IMG/VR virus record: IMGVR_UViG_3300033066_000360
Span: 20,154 to 84,153 of that record
DNA: 64,000 bases
Origin: a virus
Lineage: Duplodnaviria > Caudoviricetes
Strand: one strand, 5' to 3'
Part shown: piece by piece, positions 22,073 to 32,312 of the stretch
Numbering within the stretch: position 1 is the stretch's first letter
How the letters are laid out: every line of letters begins with the position of its first letter
Position numbers and translations under genes: made by a program
Notes under the pieces: generated by a model
What the model was told of the DNA's origin: nothing
The model's database searches: none
The model's input: only the letters and a program-made list of their open reading frames with translations

Positions 22073-23478
22073 TGGCGTTCGTGCAAATGGAGAGATACCT
22101 TACGGGGTATCTCTCCGATCATCCGGACCAACTCAAAACTTATCCGGAATTGGGCAAGCTTCTTAATGATAGGCTTGCCCAAGCCATTTTAGGGGCTACG
22201 AACAGCGGGATAAGTGGAGATATTCAGGTCTTACTTACTGAGGTTAACAAGAGGCTTAAGGAGCCTGTCGATGAGGCAACCCTAGCCCAAGTCCTAAACA
22301 TGACTCGTCATACCAATGAGTATGACAAGCCGGATCCAGAGGGCGCATATGTAATCATACGCACTTCATGGATTAAGGAGCATGGGGAGCGGGAATACAA
22401 GCGCATCACCCGCGATTACGATTCTCAGAAGCTTACATTTGAAGAGATGAGTTCCCAGATGAAAGCCGTAGCTGAACAGCTAATGGCCCTCAAGGAAACT
22501 CAGTCTATGGCTACTGAGAACTGGGATGTTATTGGCCAGCAGATGGCGGAAGAAAGCAAGAAGAAGTTCGCATCGAAGGACTTCTTGACATTCGGGCCAT
22601 TGTTCCCAATGATTTCAGAGGCTATTCCTCAGATCTCAGATGGTATTTTGGTCTCTCTATTGATGAGGACTGGAACAGGAAAGACTTCCGTTGCCATGTA
22701 TCTTGCCCACTGGTGGGGCAGGTCTAGCGGGAAGCGTATTACTTATTTCAATACAGAACTAACCGAAGCGCAGATATTGCGCCGATGGATTACCCGCAGG
22801 CATAGTAGCGCAACATTCTCCATGTTGGAGGAGGGATTCTGGGACGAAGAATGCCAGAGGATTACCACAGAAGCCAAGAGGGATAACGTGGTGTATGTTT
22901 CTGCTGGAAACTGGACTACGGATCAGATCATTGACTTTGCATCTAAAACTGGTGGCCCAATCATCATTGACTACCATGCCATGTTAAATCTTGCCCCAGA
23001 GATGAAACTCTTTGGGACGGAGACAAATGCAATTGGTGAGTCATTAAGAAAGCTAAAGGCTTATGCACAGACAAACAAATCTGTAGTTCTTATTCTTTGG
23101 CAGACAACTAAGGCAGGTGAGGACAAGCAAGTTCTTTCCGGCGCTGATGCCGCTGGTTCGAAGCAAATCGAGAACAAGTCAAACGTCATTCTGAGCGTGG
23201 ATTTCCGAAGGGTTGAAGCTAATACCTCTATTCAACATCCTTTTAAGAATGCTACGATCATGATTGACGAAGGAAACTATCTACCCGTCGGCAGGATGAG
23301 GATTGCCAAGGGTAACTTCTATCCGCCTAAGACGGAGTGGGTGTTCTTGGACGACAAGTTTACGGTTCGCGCTGTTCCAGCAACGTATCGTGAGTATGCC
23401 TTTAATACCTTCAAGTCCGCCGCTCCAAAACCAAAGGAGGCATGGAAGGACTGGAAGACTAAGAGCAAGGAGGAATAA
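22072..23478 (+). CDS. dnaB: DnaB-like replicative helicase
   Basis: RTGTGKTS Walker A, YFNTE, IIIDY Walker B, ILWQ, GSKQIE..S. Confidence 0.85.
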   Translation: MAFVQMERYLTGYLSDHPDQLKTYPELGKLLNDRLAQAILGATNSGISGDIQVLLTEVNKRLKEPVDEATLAQVLNMTRHTNEYDKPDPEGAYVIIRTSWIKEHGEREYKRITRDYDSQKLTFEEMSSQMKAVAEQLMALKETQSMATENWDVIGQQMAEESKKKFASKDFLTFGPLFPMISEAIPQISDGILVSLLMRTGTGKTSVAMYLAHWWGRSSGKRITYFNTELTEAQILRRWITRRHSSATFSMLEEGFWDEECQRITTEAKRDNVVYVSAGNWTTDQIIDFASKTGGPIIIDYHAMLNLAPEMKLFGTETNAIGESLRKLKAYAQTNKSVVLILWQTTKAGEDKQVLSGADAAGSKQIENKSNVILSVDFRRVEANTSIQHPFKNATIMIDEGNYLPVGRMRIAKGNFYPPKTEWVFLDDKFTVRAVPATYREYAFNTFKSAAPKPKEAWKDWKTKSKEE

Positions 23479-23577
23479 ATGCTTGAACTGATTCTGATTC
23501 TGATATACCTTGGTCCGGGGATCTTGCTTTTACTGGCTGCATTGTCTTTGGCGAATGTGGCAGACGGTGACGAGTAG
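23479..23577 (+). CDS. small membrane peptide (32 aa)
   Basis: AGGAGG SD, hydrophobic. Confidence 0.45.
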   Translation: MLELILILIYLGPGILLLLAALSLANVADGDE

Positions 23578-23578
23578 A

Positions 23579-24103
23579 ATGCTCAGGATGTTTCCTACAC
23601 CACTGATTGGGCTTGCGCTACTCGTCGCATGTTCATCTCCTCTCCCACCGTCCAAGCCAGATCTAGCAAAGGAGTTAACCACAACAAAGGTTAACTCTTC
23701 TGTCATCGTTAAACACTATCCCAAGTGCGTTCCCTACTTGGAGAGAATAAGACAAGAGGCCAATCGTGTTGGTGTAAGGCCCAACATGTTCCTTGGACTA
23801 ATCATCTACGAAAGTGGATGTAATACCAATGCCGTGTCCAGTGCTGGCGCTGTTGGTCTTGGACAGGTAATGCCAGACACAGCCATCAGAGGAAGGCCCA
23901 GTGCTACCGCACTAAGAGAGCCTAACTTCAATCTCAAGTGGTCCGCTGACATTCTAAGGGGAGCACTAAATCTCTACAAGGGTAATGAGGCCATGGGATT
24001 AGCTAGGTATAACGGATCAGCCGGAAGTGCGGCAGGTCAAAGGTATGCCAACATGGTATACACAATGGAGGCGAAAGTAAAGGAATGGAAAGTCTTCCCG
24101 TAA
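23579..24103 (+). CDS. lytic transglycosylase (SLT domain) lipoprotein
   Basis: Lipobox LLVAC; IYESG, AVSSAGAVGLGQVMP, ARYNG. Confidence 0.88.
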   Translation: MLRMFPTPLIGLALLVACSSPLPPSKPDLAKELTTTKVNSSVIVKHYPKCVPYLERIRQEANRVGVRPNMFLGLIIYESGCNTNAVSSAGAVGLGQVMPDTAIRGRPSATALREPNFNLKWSADILRGALNLYKGNEAMGLARYNGSAGSAAGQRYANMVYTMEAKVKEWKVFP

Positions 24104-24339
24104 AGAAGGTGTGTGGCACTTGCTACCATCTAGATAGAACTCGAAGAAGCTGGTCAAGAGTGGCCATTGGGAAACCAGACATGTTCCAATGCTGTGCCCC
24201 TACTCCAATGTGGGTATATGGACATGGAGAAGACAACTTTGTGGAAGAGAACGAGAATGCAGAAACGTGTTTGTTCCACATAGGGAGTGATGATGAGCAG
24301 CAGCCCAAGGTGCAGGGGGACAGGACCGGAGATACCTGA
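24085..24339 (+). CDS. small Cys-rich protein
   Basis: CGTC..C..C..C..H. Confidence 0.55.
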   Translation: MESLPVKKVCGTCYHLDRTRRSWSRVAIGKPDMFQCCAPTPMWVYGHGEDNFVEENENAETCLFHIGSDDEQQPKVQGDRTGDT

Positions 24340-25171
24340 CATAATCCCCAACGCGAAGAAGAAGGGCAACCATTGGGTTGCTCCTTGTCCTTTTCAGGGC
24401 GGGGAAGATCGAATGCAGATCTACGATGACCATACGTGGTGTAGAGCCTGCGGCGCATACAAGAGAACACGGGTAATACCCGGACGACAGATAAAGCGCA
24501 AGGGTGTTTATGTGATACCAGATAAGCCTCCAGTTGGCCAGTCTCTTGCGGCGGAATATCATGACAATCTTCGACCCGGAGACTATGATTACTTCGCTGG
24601 CAGAGGAATAAGCCGAATCTGGGCAGATCTGGGAATGTTAGGGTGGAAGAAGAAGTGGGAACGATACTCAATCCCATGCTTTTATCAGGGGCAATTGTGG
24701 GCCTTGCAGTACCGCGCAAGCAAGTACGGGCAAACTCCACGATATCTTAGCGAAAGCGGATCCTTTTCCGATCTCCTCTATGGCTATGACTTTTATGTAA
24801 AGATCAAGCCGCAAGCAGTGGTAATCGTAGAGGGTCCGCTTGACGCTTTGGCATTGTGGAGCCATGGGTATCCCGCTGTCTCAAGATTCTGCGGCAATAA
24901 CACAGGTGTTCCTTGGCACGTAGAATTCTCGCATCTGCTTTCTTGTTCTAATGAGAAAGTAATAGTTGCGGACAATGATGAACCAGAGAAGGGTTTAACA
25001 TTTGCAAAACTAAAAGCGGGTTTTATGCCCGGATCCAGAGTGGTTGTTCCACAGAGAGCCAAGGATGTTGGCGAGATGTTACAACAGGGCAGAGCAAAGG
25101 AACTGCCTCAGCTATTGGGACTGTTTCCCAACAAGTTAATCCAAAATGGATTCAAGGAGAAGAATGCTTAA
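24287..25171 (+). CDS. DNA primase (Zn-binding + TOPRIM)
   Basis: CPF..WCRACG; EGPLDALAL; ADND. Confidence 0.85.
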   Translation: MMMSSSPRCRGTGPEIPDIIPNAKKKGNHWVAPCPFQGGEDRMQIYDDHTWCRACGAYKRTRVIPGRQIKRKGVYVIPDKPPVGQSLAAEYHDNLRPGDYDYFAGRGISRIWADLGMLGWKKKWERYSIPCFYQGQLWALQYRASKYGQTPRYLSESGSFSDLLYGYDFYVKIKPQAVVIVEGPLDALALWSHGYPAVSRFCGNNTGVPWHVEFSHLLSCSNEKVIVADNDEPEKGLTFAKLKAGFMPGSRVVVPQRAKDVGEMLQQGRAKELPQLLGLFPNKLIQNGFKEKNA

Positions 25172-26327
25172 TAAGTTTGAGGATGTGGATTTCGAGACGG
25201 TTAAGACCATGATTGAGGCTGCCACCGCTCCCAATCAAGGGATGGATCTCGATGTAAAGGCGAGTGATTTTCAGGCGATTGACTCCGAGACACGGACTGT
25301 TAGGTTCGGAAATAGTCTGTTTCGCCTTGAGGATCTGGCCGCGAAGGATCTCTACAAGAAGGCTGGCGCTCCATACTTCGCAGAGAAGTCTTCCAAGGTT
25401 CTGGATCCCCTGCTGATGGAGTCTGAACTGTTTGCTCCCTATTGGGGGCCGGTTCTGACCACTGGCATGCAGGCGCTAAACAACAGGGTTGGCTCCATCT
25501 TTGTTCGTGGAACAAGGGGAATGGATGGAAATGTCTACGCTCGGAAGCTGTTCTCTTCAAGGGTCTACAAGCCATTCGATGGCATGGACATTCTTGAGGT
25601 CGCTGACAACTACAAGGACAAGCTCCCCGGCTTGGTCTTTAAGCATGTAAGTGCCGGACGAGACTACACCGGAATTGACATGTATTTCACAGGGCTGGAT
25701 GAGACAATCCTTCCGCCTGAACTACAGGGACATTATCGTGTTGGCATTCGTATCGCAACAGGAGAGATTGGAAACGCTGCTACGTCTCTTCGCCCATGTG
25801 TCTGGAGAACTCAGTGCCAGAATAGCTTTGCTCTTCGCGCTGGTGGTGTTAATGTTCGCGCTCTCTACAGCAAGCATACGGTTCATCGTCTGTTTGCGGA
25901 GACTGTGAACAACACCTTTCAGTTTGGCGTAGCGCTTGTCAATGAGATTGAGGCTTCCAAGGAATTCCCAATCCCCGATCTGGACGATGTTCTCTGGGGA
26001 TTCTGCGCTGTCAAGGGCTTTGGGAAGAATGTCTACGAAGCTGCTAGGGCTGGAACAGAAGGTAGCCGAACGCTCTTTGGGATCATCAATGGCATCACCC
26101 ATGCCGCGAAGACTCAGGAGCCGGTTCTTGCGGATCAGATGCAGACAAAGGCCGTTGATGCCCTGTTCACCCGCATGAAGCAGAACAGGGATGAAGAGGG
26201 CGGTGTTTACACTTGGGACATGACTTCTCTTACCAGAGAGGAAATGGTGGAACGTGTGGATCATTGGCGCTCATTTTCCGATAGGAAACTAAAGGAAGAG
26301 ACGGTTGCCGAAGAGCTTGGAGACTAG
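25164..26327 (+). CDS. DUF932-like protein
   Basis: IATGEIGNAATSLRPCVWRTQCQNS, H, TLFGIINGITHAA. Confidence 0.65.
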   Translation: MLNKFEDVDFETVKTMIEAATAPNQGMDLDVKASDFQAIDSETRTVRFGNSLFRLEDLAAKDLYKKAGAPYFAEKSSKVLDPLLMESELFAPYWGPVLTTGMQALNNRVGSIFVRGTRGMDGNVYARKLFSSRVYKPFDGMDILEVADNYKDKLPGLVFKHVSAGRDYTGIDMYFTGLDETILPPELQGHYRVGIRIATGEIGNAATSLRPCVWRTQCQNSFALRAGGVNVRALYSKHTVHRLFAETVNNTFQFGVALVNEIEASKEFPIPDLDDVLWGFCAVKGFGKNVYEAARAGTEGSRTLFGIINGITHAAKTQEPVLADQMQTKAVDALFTRMKQNRDEEGGVYTWDMTSLTREEMVERVDHWRSFSDRKLKEETVAEELGD

Positions 26328-26336
26328 GAGGTAATA

Positions 26337-26705
26337 ATGGAAAAAGAAATCAGCGTGCTAATTGGACGCTTTAAGGCGGTAATCTCTGATTTGAATGTGG
26401 CGTCGTCTGCGCCTAATATGGCTCCGTGGCAGACAAAGGGGATTCTAGAAATGCTTGGCAACGTTCAGCAGGGAGTGTCTCGTCTGATACTTCTTTCTGC
26501 AATTGCCGGTAGTCTTTCTGGGCAAAATGCCAATTTGGTTAAGGAGGCGCTTCCCAAGTACGCGAGTTACATCACGGGGGCAGAGTTGGACACGCAGATG
26601 GTTAAGCTTCTTGTGGACATGGCAAAAGAAGTGGACATGAGCAACATGCCGGAGCCGCCACAGGATGATAACTTCGCTAAGTTCAAGAAGGCTCTAGAAG
26701 CGTAG
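26337..26705 (+). CDS. hypothetical protein
   Basis: ORF with SD. Confidence 0.65.
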   Translation: MEKEISVLIGRFKAVISDLNVASSAPNMAPWQTKGILEMLGNVQQGVSRLILLSAIAGSLSGQNANLVKEALPKYASYITGAELDTQMVKLLVDMAKEVDMSNMPEPPQDDNFAKFKKALEA

Positions 26706-26754
26706 TTCTGTAATGGGAGAGGGGAATGCCAACCCTCTCCCTATAAGGAGTGAT

Positions 26755-26970
26755 ATGGATGATGATAACGATGTGCTCAAGGTTGGGTGTGGATGCCTTA
26801 TCTACATTCTGGCTTATGCATTCGCAATTGGTTGGGCTGTTCTTTGGTGGAATATTGGCACAATGGCAACGGATGGAATGGGGACCGGAGCATTGATTTG
26901 CTTGTATCCCATACTAGTTATCTGGTGCGCCAGTCCATTCATTAGTGTTACAGGATCATTACTCAAATGA
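26755..26970 (+). CDS. membrane protein
   Basis: AGGAG SD, two TM segments. Confidence 0.55.
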   Translation: MDDDNDVLKVGCGCLIYILAYAFAIGWAVLWWNIGTMATDGMGTGALICLYPILVIWCASPFISVTGSLLK

Positions 26971-27164
26971 AATATGTAGGTGGATTTGTTGTTGCGCTTC
27001 TCGCGCTATCGTTTCTGATTGGGTGGACTTGGATTGTCATAAGCACTGCTTTCAATCTTCTAAATGGTCTTCCAATTCAATGGATCATGGTTGGAGTCCC
27101 GGCAGCATTCTTTGTTGCTTTACTGCCATGGCTATGGATTGGGAAGCAAATGAAGGATGATTAA
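26967..27164 (+). CDS. membrane protein
   Basis: Two TM segments. Confidence 0.6.
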   Translation: MKYVGGFVVALLALSFLIGWTWIVISTAFNLLNGLPIQWIMVGVPAAFFVALLPWLWIGKQMKDD

Positions 27165-27598
27165 TGAAATACACAATCATTGCTACGCCCGGACCTGAAA
27201 GATATGAAGTAGCCAAGTTCTTTTGGCTTGAGGATGCTTTTGAGTATCACGTCGCCCATGGCGATACAGAGCTTTTCTACAGCGGCGAACGCATGTGTCG
27301 TATAACACAAGACGATAGGGTTGGCTTTGTTAGAGACCCATCCGAGAAGATTGAATTCCTCAATCGTTTGTCGGAGCAATGCATTGGAGTGGACGAGAGA
27401 GAATGGAAGAGAACACATCCCCAACCATGGGAGGGACCGAACTGGCAAGCCCCACCGATGCGGAGCTTTGGGGATCCGAATTGGTATCCGCAAGGGACAA
27501 CAGCGCCAAAGGAATACTATCGGTATGTGACGGTTGGCGATTCCGTTATGAAAAAAGAGGACAGTACTGGTGGACCCAGTTCTATTGCCAACACGTAA
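27164..27598 (+). CDS. hypothetical protein
   Basis: Coupled ORF. Confidence 0.6.
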   Translation: MKYTIIATPGPERYEVAKFFWLEDAFEYHVAHGDTELFYSGERMCRITQDDRVGFVRDPSEKIEFLNRLSEQCIGVDEREWKRTHPQPWEGPNWQAPPMRSFGDPNWYPQGTTAPKEYYRYVTVGDSVMKKEDSTGGPSSIANT

Positions 27599-27622
27599 CA
27601 ACTCCATGGAGAGAGAGTCATA

Positions 27623-28084
27623 ATGGTGCAAAGATTGAATGGGAAAGACTACACCGAAAGGATGGAGATCCTACGGAAAGATCTAAACTCCCTGAGGAAA
27701 GTGACTTCGCCACAGCCCCGGAATGTGACCCATTTAGCGATAAGTATGTCCCAGAACGGAATTTCCAATCGGAAAGCACGACTCCTCTGGCTCTCGGACT
27801 TGCTCCAAAGGGAACTCTTGACGACAAAAGACCTGAGCGAAAGCGAGCTAGAGAGTCTTTACACGCTCTGGGACGGAGAGACAAGGGAACTTATACTCCT
27901 ATGCTATTCGGAAGCTCTCTTGAAATGGATAGAACAGGGGACAATCAAAGTGAGGAAGAAAGTTGACACCCAAACAGATGAGAGTGAAAGAGAAAGTGGC
28001 GAAGAGGGACAAGTTCCGATGTGTGGTGACGGATTGGGATTCAGTCTCGGAGACATGGAAGAATACTTTTACACAGGGGACTGA
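27623..28084 (+). CDS. hypothetical protein
   Basis: ORF with SD. Confidence 0.6.
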   Translation: MVQRLNGKDYTERMEILRKDLNSLRKVTSPQPRNVTHLAISMSQNGISNRKARLLWLSDLLQRELLTTKDLSESELESLYTLWDGETRELILLCYSEALLKWIEQGTIKVRKKVDTQTDESERESGEEGQVPMCGDGLGFSLGDMEEYFYTGD

Positions 28085-28331
28085 TGGTGGACATGTCTTT
28101 GTTCCCCGCGCTCTCTTGCCCGGACGAGATGATACATACCACGAGTACAACATTGTGCTTATGTCAAACACCGCGAACTTGAACTTTCACCGGTCAAAAC
28201 GCTTGACAGCGGCCAAGTATTTGGTTAAGATGTATGGTGTAGAAGCGATCCAAAATTGGATCAACAGCCTTGGGATGAAATATCCCGTTCAAGTTCTACG
28301 CTGGATGTCCAGCTTAGAGGAGTCAAAATGA
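27963..28331 (+). CDS. NinG/Rap-like HNH-type nuclease
   Basis: KRDKFRCVV..GGHVFVPR..HEYNIV..N. Confidence 0.55.
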   Translation: MTPKQMRVKEKVAKRDKFRCVVTDWDSVSETWKNTFTQGTDGGHVFVPRALLPGRDDTYHEYNIVLMSNTANLNFHRSKRLTAAKYLVKMYGVEAIQNWINSLGMKYPVQVLRWMSSLEESK

Positions 28332-29119
28332 CAGAAGATGAGATGAAGGAAGCCTTCAACAAGAAGAAGGCAGAAGTGCATGCCTTGGCCCGAAAGGAAG
28401 TCAAATATAAGGTCCAAACCTTTAAGGCAACTACAGGCAAAGCACTATTGGCCCCATACATTGATGCTCGTGACGTATTCCGCTTTTTGGATATGCTCTT
28501 TGGTATGGGGAACTGGCAGACAGAACTGGAGCCAGTAATGTTTGGCAAGGACGCTACGTCCCTTGCATTCGTTGGAACCATTAAGATCCGTTATCCGTGG
28601 ATGACCGAATGGGTTTCCTACACGGATGTTGGCATGCTTGAAGGAGCCGATGATGACGTAGAAATGTCGGTAAAGGGAACTGCTTCTGGCGCTTTTAAGA
28701 GAGCCGCAGTTCAGATTACGGATGTTCTTGGCAGATTTCTTTATGATCTTCCGATGGTTTGGATGGATGCTGTATCGCGTGATCCAAAAGACCCAAGCAA
28801 GTGGAAGGCCCCAATGCCTTGGGAAGTGGATGCCTTCATCAAAGGTGGCATGAAGCCTGCTCCAAAGATCAAGGATAACTCACCATCGGTTCAGTCCAAG
28901 ACTGCTGCTCCCAATGTAACAGCCGAAAAGGTTTCAGAGAATGTAGTTGTTTCACCGCCCACTGAAAGCGAAGAAAAGCCTGAAAAGGCTATGGACTGGA
29001 CGGAGTTCTGGGGACGATTTAAGAACGATGCTGATGGACGCAAGACAGCAAAGGACTTGAAGGACAAGAATCCGAAGCTTACTCCACGTGAGCTATTGGA
29101 TCTTCTGAATAAGAAATGA
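28328..29119 (+). CDS. Rad52/Sak-like ssDNA annealing protein
   Basis: YIDARDV..LD.LFG..NWQ; KGTASGAFKRAAV..GRFLYDLP. Confidence 0.85.
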   Translation: MTEDEMKEAFNKKKAEVHALARKEVKYKVQTFKATTGKALLAPYIDARDVFRFLDMLFGMGNWQTELEPVMFGKDATSLAFVGTIKIRYPWMTEWVSYTDVGMLEGADDDVEMSVKGTASGAFKRAAVQITDVLGRFLYDLPMVWMDAVSRDPKDPSKWKAPMPWEVDAFIKGGMKPAPKIKDNSPSVQSKTAAPNVTAEKVSENVVVSPPTESEEKPEKAMDWTEFWGRFKNDADGRKTAKDLKDKNPKLTPRELLDLLNKK

Positions 29120-29517
29120 CATATAGACTTTGTTACATAGATGAACCTTGGGCTTATTTCACAACACAAGAGCTTGTAGATCAAACCGGCGATGACTGGG
29201 ACGATGCTCCCTATAAATCCAATGCGGGAGAGCCTTACGAATACAACGATCATGACCGCAAGGCGCTCAAGAAGCCTTGGAGTATCTACAAGCTTGCGTG
29301 GGATTCGCCTGAGTTGGAAACACCAGACGAGCAATGGTCCGTCGATAGGATCAATAGCGGAGCGGTCGCTTGGCTTTCTACTTCCAGATGGGTGAAGAAG
29401 GACAAAATTATCAATATTCATGCTGGTATTACCTTGCAGAAGTTCAAGGAAGCCATCTTGAAATCGGGCGGTATGGTTTACCTGCCCACAAAGGAGAAGA
29501 ATGAACATCAAGATTGA
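29116..29517 (+). CDS. conserved phage hypothetical protein
   Basis: RLCYID..AYFTT..GDDWDDAPY..NAGEPY. Confidence 0.7.
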   Translation: MTYRLCYIDEPWAYFTTQELVDQTGDDWDDAPYKSNAGEPYEYNDHDRKALKKPWSIYKLAWDSPELETPDEQWSVDRINSGAVAWLSTSRWVKKDKIINIHAGITLQKFKEAILKSGGMVYLPTKEKNEHQD

Positions 29518-31612
29518 CAACAATCTGTACGTGACAGTTGACCAGATCCCAATGGATGCTCGTGAGACTGTCGTTGAAGTTCCTACACACAGGATCCTTA
29601 TCTATGATCGGTCTGGGAGTATGTACAGTGTTCTCGGACAGGTTGCCGAAGACATGTGCGCCTTGGTAGATGCCTTTAGTCCAAAAGATATTCTGTCCAT
29701 TGGGTGGTTCTCTGGCGAAGGACAGTTCCGCTTCATGTGCAAGGGAATGTCCTGCGACAAGAAGGGTGATATCAAGCGAGCGATCCGCGAGAATGCTTCT
29801 ACCGTTGGAATGACATGCTTCTCCGAGATTTCGGCTGATGCCGCTACTGTCGCAGAGGAAATGAGGGCGTTTAAGCCAATGCCAACTGCTCTCACTTTCC
29901 TGACCGATGGAAACCCGGTTGTGAGCAACTACCAGAGGGAAATGACGAATCTCAAGTCTGCTCTCAATCGCCTTGGTGGAGTGGTTGAAACCGCAGTGTT
30001 TGTGGGATACGGCTCTTGGTACAACCGCGAGACGCTTTCTAGCATGGCGTGGTGGACAGGCGGCACGTTTGTTCACGCCTCTTCCATTAACGATGTAAGG
30101 AAGATCTACTCTAAGTATCATGTCGATACTCAGGCAGAGAAGAGGTTTCCATACCGTGTTCCAAAGGTGAAGAATCCGATTGCGATTTACACTCTTCATC
30201 GTGGCAGCGTCTCACTCTTTGATCCTAATGAGACACAAATTCTTGCTCCACAGGGAGCGATTGTTGGCATTATTCAAGAGGCTAACGATGTTGCTGCGAC
30301 TCGTGGTGTTCTTCCGAAGGAAACAATCGAGAATGCCATGTATGCTGGCGCTCTTGCAGCCTCTCAGAATGCTCGTGCAGATGTGGCTATGGCTATTCTT
30401 GGGACTCTTGGTGATGTTGGACTTGCTCAGCTTGTCTCAAACTGCATTACTCAAGATGAGGTAGGACATGCAGAGAAATGGCTTATCAGTGCCGTAGAGG
30501 GCAAGGAGCGATACGCTCAGGGCAAGAAGGTTGGTTGTGTTCCAACGGAAGATGCAACAAGCGTCTTCGATATCCTAGAGGTGCTTGTCAACGGCGATGC
30601 CAAGTTCTATCCCTATCATGAGGAATTTGAATACAAGCGCACTGGAGTCAAAACAACTGTCGCCGAAGGCTATTCTAAGTTCACCGCCGATAAGGAGGTT
30701 GCTTGCCCAATCTCTGCTTTGGTGTTCCACTCCAAGAGGCTAAATGCTTCTTTGCAGGTCACTATTCCTGGCACGATTGAGCTTGGGAAGGGAGCGAAGA
30801 AGATTGGTCTGCCAGAGACGTATCCGACTAAGCAGATCAGGACATATACCATCATCAAGGATGGGCGGCTGAATGTCACTCGTATTCCCGTTACTCTCAA
30901 CAAAGAGACATGGAACAAGCTTTACAAGCTCGGCGTCTTCGATAGGACTTGGACTCGAATGGACGAGAACACTATCGTCACGATACCTCTTTCTGATTAC
31001 CCTGTGATGAACAGAGCGATGGGAAAGCGGTATCTCAGCACGAAGATTCTTGGTGGTCTAGTGCTGAATGAGCTTGGTCTTGAGGCGGAGCTAAAGGCTA
31101 TCAAGGCTCGTCTTGCCGAGTATGACACGACTCCTGAGCCAACTCCGTTCCAGACCGCAGAGCAGATTCAGTTCTTGCTTGAGGCTGGTATTAGCGAGAA
31201 GGGCATCTACTCTCCTCCGTCAGAAGCGGGAGAGACAAATGATGTATATGAGGCTCGCGGAGTAGAAGTTGTAATCAAGGGATTGTCTTCTCTTCCGTCA
31301 GTCAATGATGTAAAGAAGAAAATTTCCAGCGGGAAACCTTTCACTCGCGGAGAGAAGATTGTTAGTAGCGCCATGGAACAGATTGACTCTGTTATCAGGG
31401 GAGAGCCGGACAAGCTTGCTCGGTTGCAGGAGCTTGAGAGGAGTGTCAAAGACGAGCTTCGTCAGGTTCGCTACGAGATGGCGAAGACTCGTGCAGCGGT
31501 CATTCTTGGTGGGCGCTGGTTCACTGAGCTTGGATCTCGCAACAACACTATGTTCACGCATGGAGATTACGAAATCGAACTAAAGGATAGGCTAGAGCGG
31601 GTAGCCTATTAG
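29501..31612 (+). CDS. vWA-domain protein
   Basis: DRSGSM MIDAS, T, LTDG. Confidence 0.8.
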   Translation: MNIKIDNNLYVTVDQIPMDARETVVEVPTHRILIYDRSGSMYSVLGQVAEDMCALVDAFSPKDILSIGWFSGEGQFRFMCKGMSCDKKGDIKRAIRENASTVGMTCFSEISADAATVAEEMRAFKPMPTALTFLTDGNPVVSNYQREMTNLKSALNRLGGVVETAVFVGYGSWYNRETLSSMAWWTGGTFVHASSINDVRKIYSKYHVDTQAEKRFPYRVPKVKNPIAIYTLHRGSVSLFDPNETQILAPQGAIVGIIQEANDVAATRGVLPKETIENAMYAGALAASQNARADVAMAILGTLGDVGLAQLVSNCITQDEVGHAEKWLISAVEGKERYAQGKKVGCVPTEDATSVFDILEVLVNGDAKFYPYHEEFEYKRTGVKTTVAEGYSKFTADKEVACPISALVFHSKRLNASLQVTIPGTIELGKGAKKIGLPETYPTKQIRTYTIIKDGRLNVTRIPVTLNKETWNKLYKLGVFDRTWTRMDENTIVTIPLSDYPVMNRAMGKRYLSTKILGGLVLNELGLEAELKAIKARLAEYDTTPEPTPFQTAEQIQFLLEAGISEKGIYSPPSEAGETNDVYEARGVEVVIKGLSSLPSVNDVKKKISSGKPFTRGEKIVSSAMEQIDSVIRGEPDKLARLQELERSVKDELRQVRYEMAKTRAAVILGGRWFTELGSRNNTMFTHGDYEIELKDRLERVAY

Positions 31613-31664
31613 CATGTGCTTTCAGGGTGGGGGACTACATTACGTGGTCCCCCACGGGAGGAAG

Positions 31665-32312
31665 ATGTCAAGGGAAAAAGGAAAAGCTCCAGTAAGCGAC
31701 ATTGTTACTATGCTTTTTATGGGCGGGATTACCGTTGGTCTAGTCTGGTGTGTCGCGTGGTCCCTTAAGCAAACTATTGACTTCACTGTTTATGCCCTAA
31801 AAACAAATGAAGTTGGTGTTCCTGTTGGAGTGATCGTTCAGTTCTGGCAACAGCTAGCCCTGTTCGCAAGAAAGAGAGTCACCACAAAACAGGAATGGTA
31901 TATCTGGAATGGATCCTTCATTGGATCCTACTTTCTAGACGCTGGAACCAATGTGGGCCAATGGCTTCGCACACACCCAATCGAAGGGAATCCATTGCAG
32001 GATCTTAACGACTGGTCTATTGGCGCAATTGGGTGGCTATTTGGTCTTGCTATCGTTTTGATTATGCCGTGGTTCGAAGAGGCTCTTACTGTATCTCTTG
32101 CCGCTACTCTTCATCACCTCAACATTGTTCTTGTTTATATGGACAAGGATACAGAGTTTCTGCACTGGGCAGAAGAGAATGTCAAAGGACTTTCTCCGTT
32201 CGATAGGGCAGTAAAGCCGCGTGATATCGGACAGCGACCGCCACAACAGCAGCAGAAACAGCAGCAACCATTCGCAAAAAAACCGCCGTTCCCGGTGAAG
32301 GAAGATGACTAA
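31665..32312 (+). CDS. multi-pass membrane protein
   Basis: Several TM segments, Q-rich tail. Confidence 0.65.
   Translation: MSREKGKAPVSDIVTMLFMGGITVGLVWCVAWSLKQTIDFTVYALKTNEVGVPVGVIVQFWQQLALFARKRVTTKQEWYIWNGSFIGSYFLDAGTNVGQWLRTHPIEGNPLQDLNDWSIGAIGWLFGLAIVLIMPWFEEALTVSLAATLHHLNIVLVYMDKDTEFLHWAEENVKGLSPFDRAVKPRDIGQRPPQQQQKQQQPFAKKPPFPVKEDD

Noticed and set aside
15768-28084. Long same-strand overlaps (15768/15856, 17238/17353, 27963/28084) as a sign of recoding
   Set aside because: The downstream genes have their own SD or start, and the upstream tails look like off-frame run-on; no slippery or recoding signal was seen.
28891-30199. Long antisense ORFs in the track (e.g. 28891-29523, 29444-30199, 24123-24740)
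   Set aside because: They lie opposite well-supported genes and have no motifs or SD; treated as shadow ORFs.
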